Of a stretch of 64,000 nucleotides of DNA, positions 16,555 through 29,300 are shown in pieces (the first letter of the stretch is position 1; every line of letters begins with the position of its first letter). The position numbers and the translations under genes were made by a program. Source of the stretch: Anaeramoeba ignava BMAN. Taxonomy: Eukaryota; Protista; Anaeramoebae. The notes under the pieces are model-generated. The model was not told the DNA's origin. It worked only from the letters and a program-made list of their open reading frames with translations, and did not search any database. The DNA lies in NCBI GenBank assembly GCA_028826165.1, contig JAPDFW010000068.1, positions 248,001 to 312,000 on the forward strand. Direction: 5' to 3'.

Positions 16555-19290
16555 TTAAGCTCCAGGACCAACTCTTAAACCATAACCAAAAAGATAAGTA
16601 TTAGAAATATAATCAATTTCAGCACTTAATTTAAAAGAGATGAGTGGATGAAGCATTTGTTCAACAAGTGTTGAAATTTTTCCATTTGATGTAATTTGAC
16701 CACCAACTTTTATCTAAATTTTTCAATAAATTTTAAAAATCAATTTTTCAATCAATTTTTCAATAATTTTTTCAATAAATTTTTCAATAATTTTTTCAAT
16801 AATTTTTGAATAAATTTTAAAGTAAATTTTGAAATAAATTTTGAAGTAAATTTTGAAGTAAATTTTAAAGTAAATTTTAAAGTAAATTTAAAAGTAAATT
16901 TAAAAGTAAATTTTAAAGTAAATTTTAAAGTAAATTTTGAAGTAAATTTTAAAGTAAATTTAAAAGTAAATTTAAAAGTAATTTTAAAAGTAAAATTTAA
17001 ATAAATTTAAAAGTAAATTTACTAAAGTAAATTTTAAAATAAATTTAAAAACAAATTTAAAATAAATTTAAAAAGTAAATTTAAAAAGTAAATTTAAAAG
17101 TAAATTTAAAAAGTAAATTTAAAAATAAATTTAAAAAGTAAATTTAAAAGTAAATTTAAAATAAATTTAAAAAATTTAAAAGTAAATTTTAAAATAAATT
17201 TAAAAATAAATTTTTAAAAATAAATTTAAAAGTAAATTTAAAAGTAAATTTAAAAATAACCTTGAAAATAAATTTAAAAGTAAATTTTTGAAATAAATGA
17301 AAAAATAAATTTAAAAATAAATGAAAAAAATTAAATTTAAAAGTAAATTTAAAAGTAAATAAAAGTGCTAACCTTTAAAAGTAAATTTAAAAGTAAATTT
17401 AAAGTAAATTTAAAAGTAAATTTAAAGTAAATTTAATTCGTTAAAGTAAATTTAAAGTAAATTTAAAGTAAATTTAAAAGTAAATTTAAAAGTAAATTTT
17501 GAAATAGATTTTAAAATAAATTTTAAAGTAAATTTAAAAATAAATTTAAAAATAAATTTAAAAGTAAATTTAAAAGTAAATTTAAAAGTAAATTTAAAAG
17601 TAAATTTTAAAGTAAATTTAAAAGTAAATTTTGAAATAAATTTAAAATAAATTTTAAAATAAATTTAAAAAGTAAATTTTGAAATAAATTTTAAAATAAA
17701 TTTAAAATGCGCAATTTAAAAGTAAATTTTCAGGCCAAATTAAAAATAAAATTTAAAAATAAATTTTAAAGTAAATTTAAAAGTAAATTTTAAAATAAAT
17801 TTAAAAATAAATTAAAAGTAAATTTAAAAGTAAATTTTAAAATTTTTAAAGTAAATTTAAAAGTAAATTTTGAAATAAATTTAAAATAATTTTTTCAATA
17901 AATTTAAAAATAAATTTTGAAATGAATTTAAAAGTAAATTTAAAAGTAAATTTAAAAGTAAATTTAAAAGTAAATTTAAAGAGTAAATTTAAAAATAAAT
18001 TTTAAAAATAAATTTAAAAAGTAAAATTTAAAAGTAAATTTAAAAGTAAATTTAAAAGTAAATTTAAAAAGTAAATTTTAAAGTAAATTTAAAAGTAAAA
18101 TTTAAAAGTAAATTTAAAAGTAAAATTTTAAAGTAAATTTAAAAGTAAATTTAAAAGTAAATTTAAAAGTAAATTTAAAAGTAAATTTAAAAGTAAATTT
18201 AAAAGTAAATTTAAAAGTAAATTTTGTTTTGTATTTTTTGTTGTGAATAAAAAATTTTGTTGATTAATTTTTGTTAAAAGAATTAAAAACAAACCTGACG
18301 CAAAGAATATAGATAACCAGCACTCATAGCACTTAAACCATTTTCAATATTATAAATAAACTCAGCAGCCAAACCGACTCTAGGAGTAATTTTTTGGACA
18401 TAATGAAGAGAAAAATGTTTAACAGGAAAAGTAGAAAAACTAGAAGTAAAAATAAAATTATGGGTAAAATAACGACTTGCAAAAATAATAGATGAAGTTT
18501 TCATATTGTGATAATAAATAAATTCCATTCCAAGATTTAAACGAGGTGTCATTGCTTGAAGATAAGATAATCCAAATACTTTGTTTGATTTCAATTTCGA
18601 TTGAATCGTGAAATTTTCTCCATAATATTCTAAATCTGCTCCAAATGTATCTTGTGAATCTTCTTGTTTTTTTCCTGATATTTGTGTGTATAATGTTGTT
18701 AGAAATTTCCTTCCAAATTGTTGTATATATCTTGCATATGTTCCATCATTTTTTCTGTTTCCAATTAAAGCATACTTTTTAAATTTTAATTTTAATTTTA
18801 TAAATGAATTTTAATTTTAAATTTAATTTTGATTTTAATTTTAATTTTAATTTTAATTTAAATTTAATTTTAGTTTTAATTTTAATTTTAAATTTAATTT
18901 TAATTTTAATTTTAATTATAATTCTAATTTTAATTTTAATTTTAATTTTAAATTTAATTTTAAATTTAATTTTAATTTTGATTTTAATTTTATTAAAATA
19001 TAAAAATAACAAACTTTTTCTTGAACATAATTAGCACCAAAAGTATAAGAAGGTTCTTCACGTAAAGAACCCATTGATAAAGCATGAGTTAAACCAAAAG
19101 ATTGATTCATTTGTTGATTAACTTCAAGTCTAAAACCATCAAAAGTTTCAACATTAAGAATTTGAGTTGATTCTTTACAAAATTGTTCAAATTTTCCTGG
19201 ATTTGTTAATTTAAATGTGTTTTCTAATGGGATTTCAACTTTTGTTTCTTGACTTCTACTTTCTTTTGTTTTTTTAACTTGATTCCCCAT
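16555..19290 (-). CDS. TOM40: TOM40 outer-membrane protein import channel (mitochondrion or mitochondrion-related organelle); 3 exons
   Basis: Exons 19290-19015, 18774-18295, 16713-16555; MGN start, NPGKFEQFCKE..FDGFRLEVNQQMNQSFGLTH, GLSYLQAMTPRLNLGMEF, C-terminal beta-signal FGYGLRVG. Confidence 0.92.
16714..18294. repeat. TOM40 intron 2 (1.58 kb) filled with 12-bp (AAAAGTAAATTT)n
   Basis: Directly visible between GT and AG on the minus strand. Confidence 0.9.
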
Positions 19291-19349
19291 TTTGTTTTTC
19301 TATTAAATAAAAATGAAAAAAATGAAAAAAAAAATGAAAAAAAAATTTT

Positions 19350-21580
19350 TATTATTAATTTAATTTAATAATATATCATTCCACTTTTATATAAATATTA
19401 TTTAATTTAATTCTACAATATTATAATAAATAATTATAATTTAAAAAAAAAGATATAAATTTATTAAAATAATTTTAGAATTAGATAAATTTATTTCATT
19501 TTTTTATATTAATTTTAATTAATAATTTTATTATATTTTTATATAAATATTATTTAATTTTAATTTTATAATATTATAATAAATAATTATAATTTAAAAA
19601 AAAGAAATAAATTTATTAAAAATAATTTTTAGAATTAGATAAATTTATTTTCATTTTTGATATTAATTTTAATTAATAATATTATTATATTTTTTATATA
19701 AAATATTATTTAATTTTAATTCTATAATATTATAATAAATAATTATAATTTTAAAAAGATATAAATTTATTAAAATAATTTTAGAATTAGATAAATTTAT
19801 TTCATTTTTGTATTAATTTTTAATTAATAATTTTATTATATTTTTTTTATATAAATATTATTTAATTTAATTCTATAATATTATAATAAATAATTATAAT
19901 TTAAAAAAAAGAAATAAATTTATTAAAATAATTTTAGAATTAGATAAATTTATTTCATTTTTGATATTAATTTTAATTAATAATTTTATTATATTTTTAT
20001 GTAAATATTATTTAATTTAATTCCTATAATATTATAATAAATAATTATAATTTAAGAAAAAGATATAAATTTATTAAAAATAATTTTAGAATTAGATAAA
20101 TTTATTTCATTTTTGATATTAATTTTAATTAATAATATTATTATATTTTTATATAAATATTATTTTTAATTTAATTCTACAATAATATAATAAATAATTA
20201 TAATTTAAAAAGATATAAATTTATTAAAAATAATTTTAGAATTAGATAAATTTATTTCATTTTTATATTAATTTTAATTAATAATATCATTCCACTTTTT
20301 ATGTAAATATTATTTAATTTAATTCTATAATATTATAATAAATAATTATAATTTTAAAAAGAAATAAATTTATTAAAATAATTTTTAGAATTAGATAAAT
20401 TTTATTTCATTTTTGATATTAATTTTAATTAATAATATTATTATATTTTTATATAAATATTATTTAATTTAATTCTACAATATTATAATAAAATAATTAT
20501 AATTTTAAAAAGAAATAAATTTATTAAAATAATTTTAGAATTAGATAAATTTATTTCATTTTTGTATTAATTTTAATTAATAATTTTATTATATTTTTAT
20601 ATAAATATTATTTAATTTAATTCTACAATATTATAATAAATAATTATAATTTTAAAAAGAAATAAATTTATTAAAATAATTTTAGAATTAGATAAATTTA
20701 TTTCATTTTTGTATTAATTTTAATTAATAATATCATTCCATTTTTTTATATAAATATTGTTTTAATTTAATTCTACAATATTATAATAAATAATTATAAT
20801 TTTAAAAAGAAATAAATTTATTAAAAATAATTTTAGAATTAGATAAATTTATTTCATTTTTGATATTAATTTTTAATTAATAATATTATTATATTTTTTA
20901 TATAAATATTATTTAATTTAATTCTATAATATTATAATAAATAATTATAATTTTAAAAAGAAATAAATTTATTAAAATAATTTTTAGAATTAGATAAATT
21001 TTATTTCATTTTTGATATTAATTTTAATTAATAATTTTTATTATATTTTTATATAAATATTATTTTAATTTAATTTTATAATATTATAATAAATAATTAT
21101 AATTTTAAAAAGAAATAAATTTATTAAAATAATTTTAGAATTAGATAAATTTATTTCATTTTTGTATTAATTTTAATTAATAATATCATTCCATTTTTAT
21201 ATAAATATTGTTTAATTTTAATTCTACAATATTATAATAAATAATTATAATTTTAAAAAGAAATAAATTTATTAAAATAATTTTAGAATTAGATAAATTT
21301 ATTTCATTTTTGATATTAATTTTAATTAATAATTTTATTATATTTTTATATAAATATTGTTTAATTTAATTTTATATAATATTATAATAAATAATTATAA
21401 TTTTAAAAAGAAATAAATTTATTAAAATAATTTTAGAATTAGATAAATTTATTTCATTTTTGTATTAATTTTAATTAATAATATTATTCCACTTTTTATA
21501 TAAATATTATTTTAATTTAATTTTTATAATAATATAATAAATAATTATAATTTTAAAAAGAAATAAATTTATTAAAAATA
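19350..21580. repeat. ~150-bp tandem satellite, ~15 copies, between divergent TOM40 and VPS24
   Basis: Marker TTAGATAAAT recurs at ~19481, 19636, 19787, 19940, 20092, 20242, 20391, 20541, 20688, 20839, 20989, 21141, 21289, 21439. Confidence 0.95.
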
Positions 21581-21682
21581 AATGAGTAATTATTATAAAT
21601 TATTGATTAAACTTGATAAAAATAAAAATAAAAAGGAAAAACAAAAATCATTTTTTTCTCTTTTTTTTTAATTATTTTTATT

Positions 21683-22991
21683 ATGGGATTATTTGGTAAA
21701 AACAATTACCACCAAAAAAGAACAAGTTAAAGTATGGAGACAAGAATTAAGAAAAAACAACAAAGACAACTTCAAAGACAAATTTACTCATATTGATAGA
21801 GAAGAATTAAAAATTAAGAATGAAGCAAAAAGCTGCTGCAAAAAGAGGTGATAATGTTAGTGCAAAAATTCTTGCTACAGAACAGGGAGATTCAGAAAAG
21901 CAAAAAGATAGAGTTTGTTTTATTTTATTTTATTAAAATTAAAATTCATTTATTAAAATTAAAATTCATTTATAAAATTAAAATTAAAATTAAAATTAAA
22001 AATTAAAATTAAAATTAAAATTAAAAATTAAAAATTAAAATTAAAAATTAAAATTAAATTAAAATTAAAAATTAAAATTAAAATTAAAATTTAAAAATTA
22101 AAATTAAAAATTAAAATTAAAATTAAAATTCATTTTATAAAATTAAAATTAAAATTAAAATTAAAATTAAAATTAAAAATTAAAAATCAAAATTAAAATT
22201 TAAAATTCATTTATAAAATTAAAATTAAAAATTAAAATTAAAATTAAGAAATTAAAATTAAATTTAAAATTCATTTTTATAAAATTAAAATAAAAATTAA
22301 AATTAAAATTCATTTATAAAATTGGAAAAATAAAATTAAAATTCATTTATAAAATTAAAAATTAAAATTCATAATAGTTATACAGCAAAAGACAGAGATA
22401 AACAGCTTAATAATGACTATGCAAACAAACGTTGCAACTCAGAATATTATGGGAGCATTAAGAAATTCTGCAAAAGTTATGCAATACATGAATTCACTTG
22501 TGAGAACTCCAGAAATTTCACAAACAATGATGGTATTATCACGGGAAATGACAAAAAGTAATCAACAAAAATTTATCATTTTCATCCGTTTTGTTTTGTT
22601 GATTAATTTTCTCTTTCTTTCTTTTATTCTATTTCTTTTTTATAAGGCTGGAGCACTTGAAGAAATGGTTGAAGATACTTTCGAAACTTTAGATGGAGAT
22701 GAAATCTCAGATGAAGCTGATGATGAGGTTGACAAAGTTATGGTTCAGCTCACTCAGGGAACTCTTAAATCTTCCGATTCAACAAAAGGATTGTCTAATT
22801 TAGAAAAAAAAGTATTTTTTTCTCTTTAAAATTTGTTAATCCAAAAAGAAATTTTAATTTTTATTTTAATTTTTATTTTTATTTTTATTTTTTAATTAAT
22901 TTTTTAGCAATTGGAAGAACAAGAAGTTGAAAAACGTAAAAAACAAAAAGAAGAAGAAGATGCTTTACATGATCGTTTATCTGCTTTATAA
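21683..22991 (+). CDS. VPS24: ESCRT-III subunit Vps24/CHMP3 (Snf7 family); 4 exons, homopolymer indels in exon 1
   Basis: MGLFGK..EQVKVWRQELRK..IDREELKIK..AAAKRGD..SAKILA; NSAKVMQYMNSLVRTPEISQTMMVLSREMTKAGALEEMVEDTFE..EADDEVDKV; C-terminal MIM-like LHDRLSAL*. Confidence 0.9.
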
Positions 22992-23333
22992 TTTTTCTTT
23001 TATATTTTTATTTTGAAATTTTTCACCTTTTTTTTTAATTGATTGATTGATTGAAATTTTTTTTTTTTTGCTTTTTTTGTTTTTATTTTTTTCAACTTTT
23101 CTTTTTCAAATTCAAAATGAAATCAAAATTGATTAAAAAGAAAGGAAGAATTTATTTTTGTTATTTTTATTTTAAAAAGGAAAAATTTGAAGAAAGAAAA
23201 GAAAGAAAAATTTTTTTTGTTCCATTTTTGTTTAAAATTGAAAAGAAATAAATTGTTTTTGAAACGAAAAAAAAACAAAGCAAAAATTTCACTAAAAAGA
23301 ATTTTGTGTTTTTGTTGTTTTTCTTCTTCTGAA

Positions 23334-26300
23334 TTATTTTTTTTTGGTAATAATTTTCTTTCTGATAATTTTTTGAATTTGTTTTGGTTTTTCAGATAAT
23401 ATTTTTGGTTGAGAAACTGTTTTTGGTTGATTTTGAGAAACTGCTCTTTTTTGAGTTCTTGAAACTTTTGGTTTTTCATCAGTTGAAGGTTGTTTAGTTT
23501 TTTTTAATTTAGAAGGAACAATAACTTTTTTAGTTAATTTTGAAGGAGTTCTTTTTATAATTTTTGGTTTTTGATTTGAATCTTTTATTTCATCATTTGA
23601 ATCTTTTATTTGCTCATTTGAATCTTTTATTTCATCATCTGATTTTGAATTTGATTTTGATTTTGATTTTGATTTTGATTTTGATTTTGATTTTGATTTT
23701 GATTTTGATTTTGATTTTGATTTTGTTTCTGATTCTGATTTAGATTTAGATTTAGATTTAGATTTAGATTTAGATTTTAATTTTGGTTCTTCTTTTTCGG
23801 AATCTGTTGAAGAAATTACTAATTCCTCTTTTAAATCTTTTTTTGGTGATTTTGTTTTTTTAATTATTTTTTTTATTGGTGTTTTTGTTGGTGATTTTGT
23901 TGTTGATTTAACTTTTATTGGTAAATTTGTTGATTTGGTTGTTTTTATTGGAGTTTTTGTATTTGATTTTGTGGTTTTCAATTTTGTTGGTGATTTTGTA
24001 TTTGATTTTGTTGGTGATTTTGTTGTTAATTTTGTATTTGATTTTATAGTTTTCAATTTTGTTGGTGATTTTGTAGTTGATTTTGTAGTTTTCAATTTTG
24101 TATTTGATTTTGTATTTGATTTTGTATTTGATTTTATTGGTGTTCCTTTCATAACTGATATTGTTGTTGATTTAACTGGTTTTTTTGGTTGATTTTTTGA
24201 TGGTGTTGATTTTTCAACTGTTGATTTTATTGATTTAAGTTTTTTTGGTTGTTTTACAACTTTTGAAACTTTCTTTTTTCCTGATTCTTTTTGATCTGTT
24301 GATAAATTTTTTGTTTTCACTCCTCCACTTGTTAAAAATGCTGCTCCCATTCCATCTTTCTTAACAACTTGAACACCTGGTTTAAGATGTCTACGAACAA
24401 ATTCATCAAATTTCATATATCCACCACCAACTCTATTCAATATAAATCCTAATAAATTTTTTCAAATCAATTTTTTCAATCAATTTTTTAAATCAATTTT
24501 TTCAATCAATTTTTCAAATCAATTTTTTTAATCAATTTTTTCAATTACCTTCAAGTAATTTCATTTGCATTTTCTTCCCATCAATCTCAAAAACTGATTC
24601 TAATGTTTGTGGATTTGTACTAATTTCTTTAACTGGAACATCAACTCCATATTTTTGGAAAATTCTTTGAATTGTATGCATCATTAATTTTGAGAAACCT
24701 TTTGCATATTCAGGAGAATTCTTATTTGGAATATGAATTTCTATTTTTTGAATGAATTTAAATATTTAAAATAAATATTAAAATAAATATTAAATTAAAT
24801 ATTAAAATAAATATTAAATTAAATATTAAAATAAATATTAAATTAAATATTAAAAATAAATATTAAAATAAATATTAAAATAAATATTAAAATAAATATT
24901 AAAATAAATATTTAAATTATTTAAAATAAATATTTAAAATAAATATTAAAATAAATATTTTAAAATAAATATTAAATTAAATATTAAAATAAATATTAAA
25001 TTAAATAAAAATAAATATTAAAACAAATATTAAAATAAATATTAAAATAAATATTAAAAATAAATATTAAAATAAATATTAAAACAAATAAACATTAAAA
25101 CAAATATTAAAAACAACATTAAAAATAAATATTAAAATAAATATTAAATTAAATATTAAAACAAAATAAAATAAAAATCAACATAAATATTTAAATATTA
25201 AAAAACAATATTAAAACAAATTAAAAATAAAATATTTAAAATAAATAATAAACAACATTAAAATTAAATATTTAAAATAAATATTAAAAACAAATATTGA
25301 AATAAAAATTAAAATATTAAATATTAAAATAAATATTAAAACAAACAAAATCAAATATTTAAAAATAAATATTAAAATAAACATTAAAATAAATATTAAA
25401 AACAACATAAAATAAATATAAAAACAAATATTAAAAACAAAATATAAAAATAAATATTAAAAATAACATTAAAATAAATATTAAAAAATAAATATTAAAA
25501 ACAAATATTAAAATAAATATTAAAAAATAAACATTAAAAACAAACATTAAAAAAATAAATATTAAAAAAAAATATAAAAAATAAATATTAAAAACAAATA
25601 TAAAAAAAAAATATAAAAAAAAATATTAAAAATAAATATTAAAATAAATATAAAAACAACATTAAAATAAATATTAAAATAAATACATAAAAATAAATAT
25701 TAAAATAAATATTAAAATTAAATATTAAAAATAAAAACTATAAAATTAAAATATTAAAACCATAAAAAATAAAAAAAATAAATATTAAAATAAATAAAAA
25801 TTAAATATTAAAAATAAATATTAAATTAAATATTAAAATAAATATAAAATTAAATATTTAAAATAAATATTAAAATAAATATTAAAATAAATATTAAATT
25901 AAATATTAAATATTAAATTGAAAATATACTTTTGCTTCGACTCCATTCTCTCTGAACCTTGTTTTGAAAATTGTTTCTAACTTGAATTTGATGATTTCCT
26001 GGATTGACTTTATCCAAAATAGCAAAATTATCAAGTAGTCATAATATTGAGTATTATCAACATTCTACTCATATTTATAATTTGCCAACCTAGAATTTGG
26101 GGTATCCCAAGTAAGAAATAAATCAGAATAGAATATTCCTTTGATTTTACTCGTGTGCAGAATTTTTCAATTTTGATTGGAATTGGATCACTCCATTCTC
26201 CCCTTCTGAAAAATCATTCTTTTGCTCAGAAAACATATTGTTTCTGTTGAAAGTTTGGATAATGTTATTTCTGGTGTTTTGTTTTTGTAATTAAGCGTAC

Positions 26301-29300
26301 TTCTTTTTGGGATTAAGGCCTTTTCCATTTCATCTTCCCTTCTAGATTCCATTTTTACTGCTTTTCCCATCCAATTTCATTTTATTTTGATCTTGTTGTT
26401 TTATTTTAGATATCTTTTCTGGTTTTGGATCAATTAGCAATTTCTGGAGATTTGACCATTCTCCATTTTTAGCTCTTATTCTTATTGAATAATTTTCTGA
26501 TGGTTTATGTTTTCAATAATAAATTTTGGTTTTTCACTTTCTTCAATAATTTCATTATTAACTTCAATTTCATATTTTTCAATTTCACTTCCTTCATTTT
26601 TAAGGGTTCTTTCCATTTTAATTCAATTTCATTTAATTTGGGTTCAACTTCAATTTCTTCTATTCTTCAGGTTCTTTTATCATCAGTTTTGGTTTTAATT
26701 TCATTACTCCATTCTGCTTCTCCTTTGGAATTTTTAGCTCTTATTCTTATTGAATAATTTTCTGATGGTTTTATGATTTTCAATAATAAATTTTGGTTTT
26801 TCACTTTCTGCAATAATTTCATTATTAACTTCAATTTCATATTTTTCAATTTCACTTCCTTCATTTTTAGGTTCTTTCCATTTTAATTCAATTTCATTTA
26901 ATTTAGGTTCAACTTCAATTTCTTCAATTTTTTCAGGTTTTTTATCTTCAGTTTTGGTTTTAATTTCATCACTCCATTCTGCTTCTCCTTTGGAATTTTT
27001 TGCTCTTATTCTTATTGAATAATTTTCTGATGGTTTTATGTTTTCAATAATAAATTTTGGTTTTTTACTTTCTGCAATAATTTCATTATTAACTTCAATT
27101 TCATATTTTTCAATTTCACTTCCTTCATTTTTAGGTTCTTTCCATTTTAATTCAATTTCATTTAATTTAGGTTCAACTTCAATTTCTTCAATTTTTTCAG
27201 GTTTTTTGTTTTTCTGATTTGTTTTAGTTTTTAATTTCATTCTTTTAATTCAATTTCATTCTGCTTCTCCTTTGGAATTTTTAGCTCTCTTATTCTTATT
27301 GAATAATTTGTTTTCGATGGTTTTAAATTTTCAATAATAAATTTTGGTTTTTTACTTTCTCCAATAATTTCATTATTTACTTCCAATTTCATATTTTTCA
27401 ATTTCACTTCCTTCATTTTTGGGTTCTTTCCATTTTAATTCAATTTCATTTAATTTAGGTTCAACTTCAATTTCTCTCAATTTTTCAGGTTTTTGTTTTT
27501 GTTTTAGTTTTTAATTTCATCACTCCATTCTGCTTCTCCTTTGGAATTTTTAGCTCTTATTCTTATTGAATAATTTTCTGATGGTTTTATATTTTCAATA
27601 ATAAATTTTGGTTTTTTACTTTCTCCAATAATTTCATTGTTTACTTCAATTTCATATTTTTCAATTTCACTTCCTTCGTTTTTAGGTTCTTTCCATTTTA
27701 ATTCAATTTCATTTAATTTGGGTTCAACTTCAATTTCTCGTATCTTTTCAGGTTCTTTATCATCTGTTTTAGTTTTAATTTCATCACTCCATTCTGCTTC
27801 TCCTTTGGAATTTTTAGCTCTTATTCTTATTGAATAATTTGTTGATGGTTTTAAATTTTCAATAATAAATTTTGGTTTTTTACTTTCTGCAATAATTTCA
27901 TTATTAACTTCAATTTCATATTTTTCAATTTCACTTCCTTCGTTTTTAGGTTCTTTCCATTTTAATTCAATTTCATTTAATTTAGGTTCTACTTCAATTT
28001 CTTCTATCTTTTCAGGTTTTTTATCTTCAGTTTTGGTTTTAATTTCATTACTCCATTCTGCTTCTCCTTTAGAATTTTTAGCTCTTATTCTTATTGAATA
28101 ATTTTCTGATGGTTTTATATTTTCAATAATAAATTTTGGTTTTTTACTTTCTCCAATAATTTCATTATTTACTTCAATTTCATATTTTTCAATTTCACTT
28201 CCTTCATTTTTAGGTTCTTTCCATTTTAATTCAATTTCATTTAATTTGGGTTCAACTTCAATTTCTTCTATCTTTTCAGGTTCTTTATCATCAGTTTTAG
28301 TTTTAATTTCATTACTCCATTCTCCTTCTCCTTTGGAATTTTTTGCTCTTATTCTTATTGAATAATTTTCTGATGGTTTTATATTTTCAATAATAAATTC
28401 TGGTTTTTCACTTTCTGCAATAATTTCATTATTAACTTCAATTTCATATTTTTCAATTTCACTTCCTTCATTTTTGGGTTCTTTCCATTTTAATTCAATT
28501 TCATTTAATTTGGGTTCTACTTCAATTTCTCGTATCTTTTCAGGTTTTTTATCATCTGTTTTAGTTTTAATTTCATCACTCCATTCTGCTTCTCCTTTGG
28601 AATTTTTTGCTCTTATTCTTATTGAATAATTTGTTGATGGTTTTATATTTTCAATAATAAATTCTGGTTTTTCACTTTCTCCAATAATTTCATTATTAAC
28701 TTCAATTTCATATTTTTCAATTTCACTTCCTTCATTTTTAGGTTCTTTCCATTTCAATTCAATTTCATTTAATTTGGGTTCAACTTCAATTTCTCGTATC
28801 TTTTCAGGTTCTTTATCATCAGTTTTAGTTTTAATTTCATCACTCCATTCTGCTTCTCCTTTGGAATTTTTAGCTCTTATTCTTATTGAATAATTTGTTG
28901 ATGGTTTTAAATTTTCAATAATAAATTTTGGTTTTTTACTTTCTGCAATAATTTCATTATTAACTTCAATTTCATATTTTTCAATTTCACTTCCTTCGTT
29001 TTTAGGTTCTTTCCATTTTAATTCAATTTCATTTAATTTAGGTTCTACTTCAATTTCTTCTATCTTTTCAGGTTTTTTATCTTCAGTTTTGGTTTTAATT
29101 TCATTACTCCATTCTGCTTCTCCTTTAGAATTTTTAGCTCTTATTCTTATTGAATAATTTGTTGATGGTTTTATATTTTCAATAATAAATTCTGGTTTTT
29201 CACTTTCTCCAATAATTTCATTATTAACTTCAATTTCATATTTTTCAATTTCACTTCCTTCATTTTTAGGTTCTTTCCATTTCAATTCAATTTCATTTAA

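Noticed and set aside
19350-21580. Regularly spaced repeat as a CRISPR array
   Set aside because: The whole unit repeats with no unique spacers, there are no cas genes, and the context is eukaryotic
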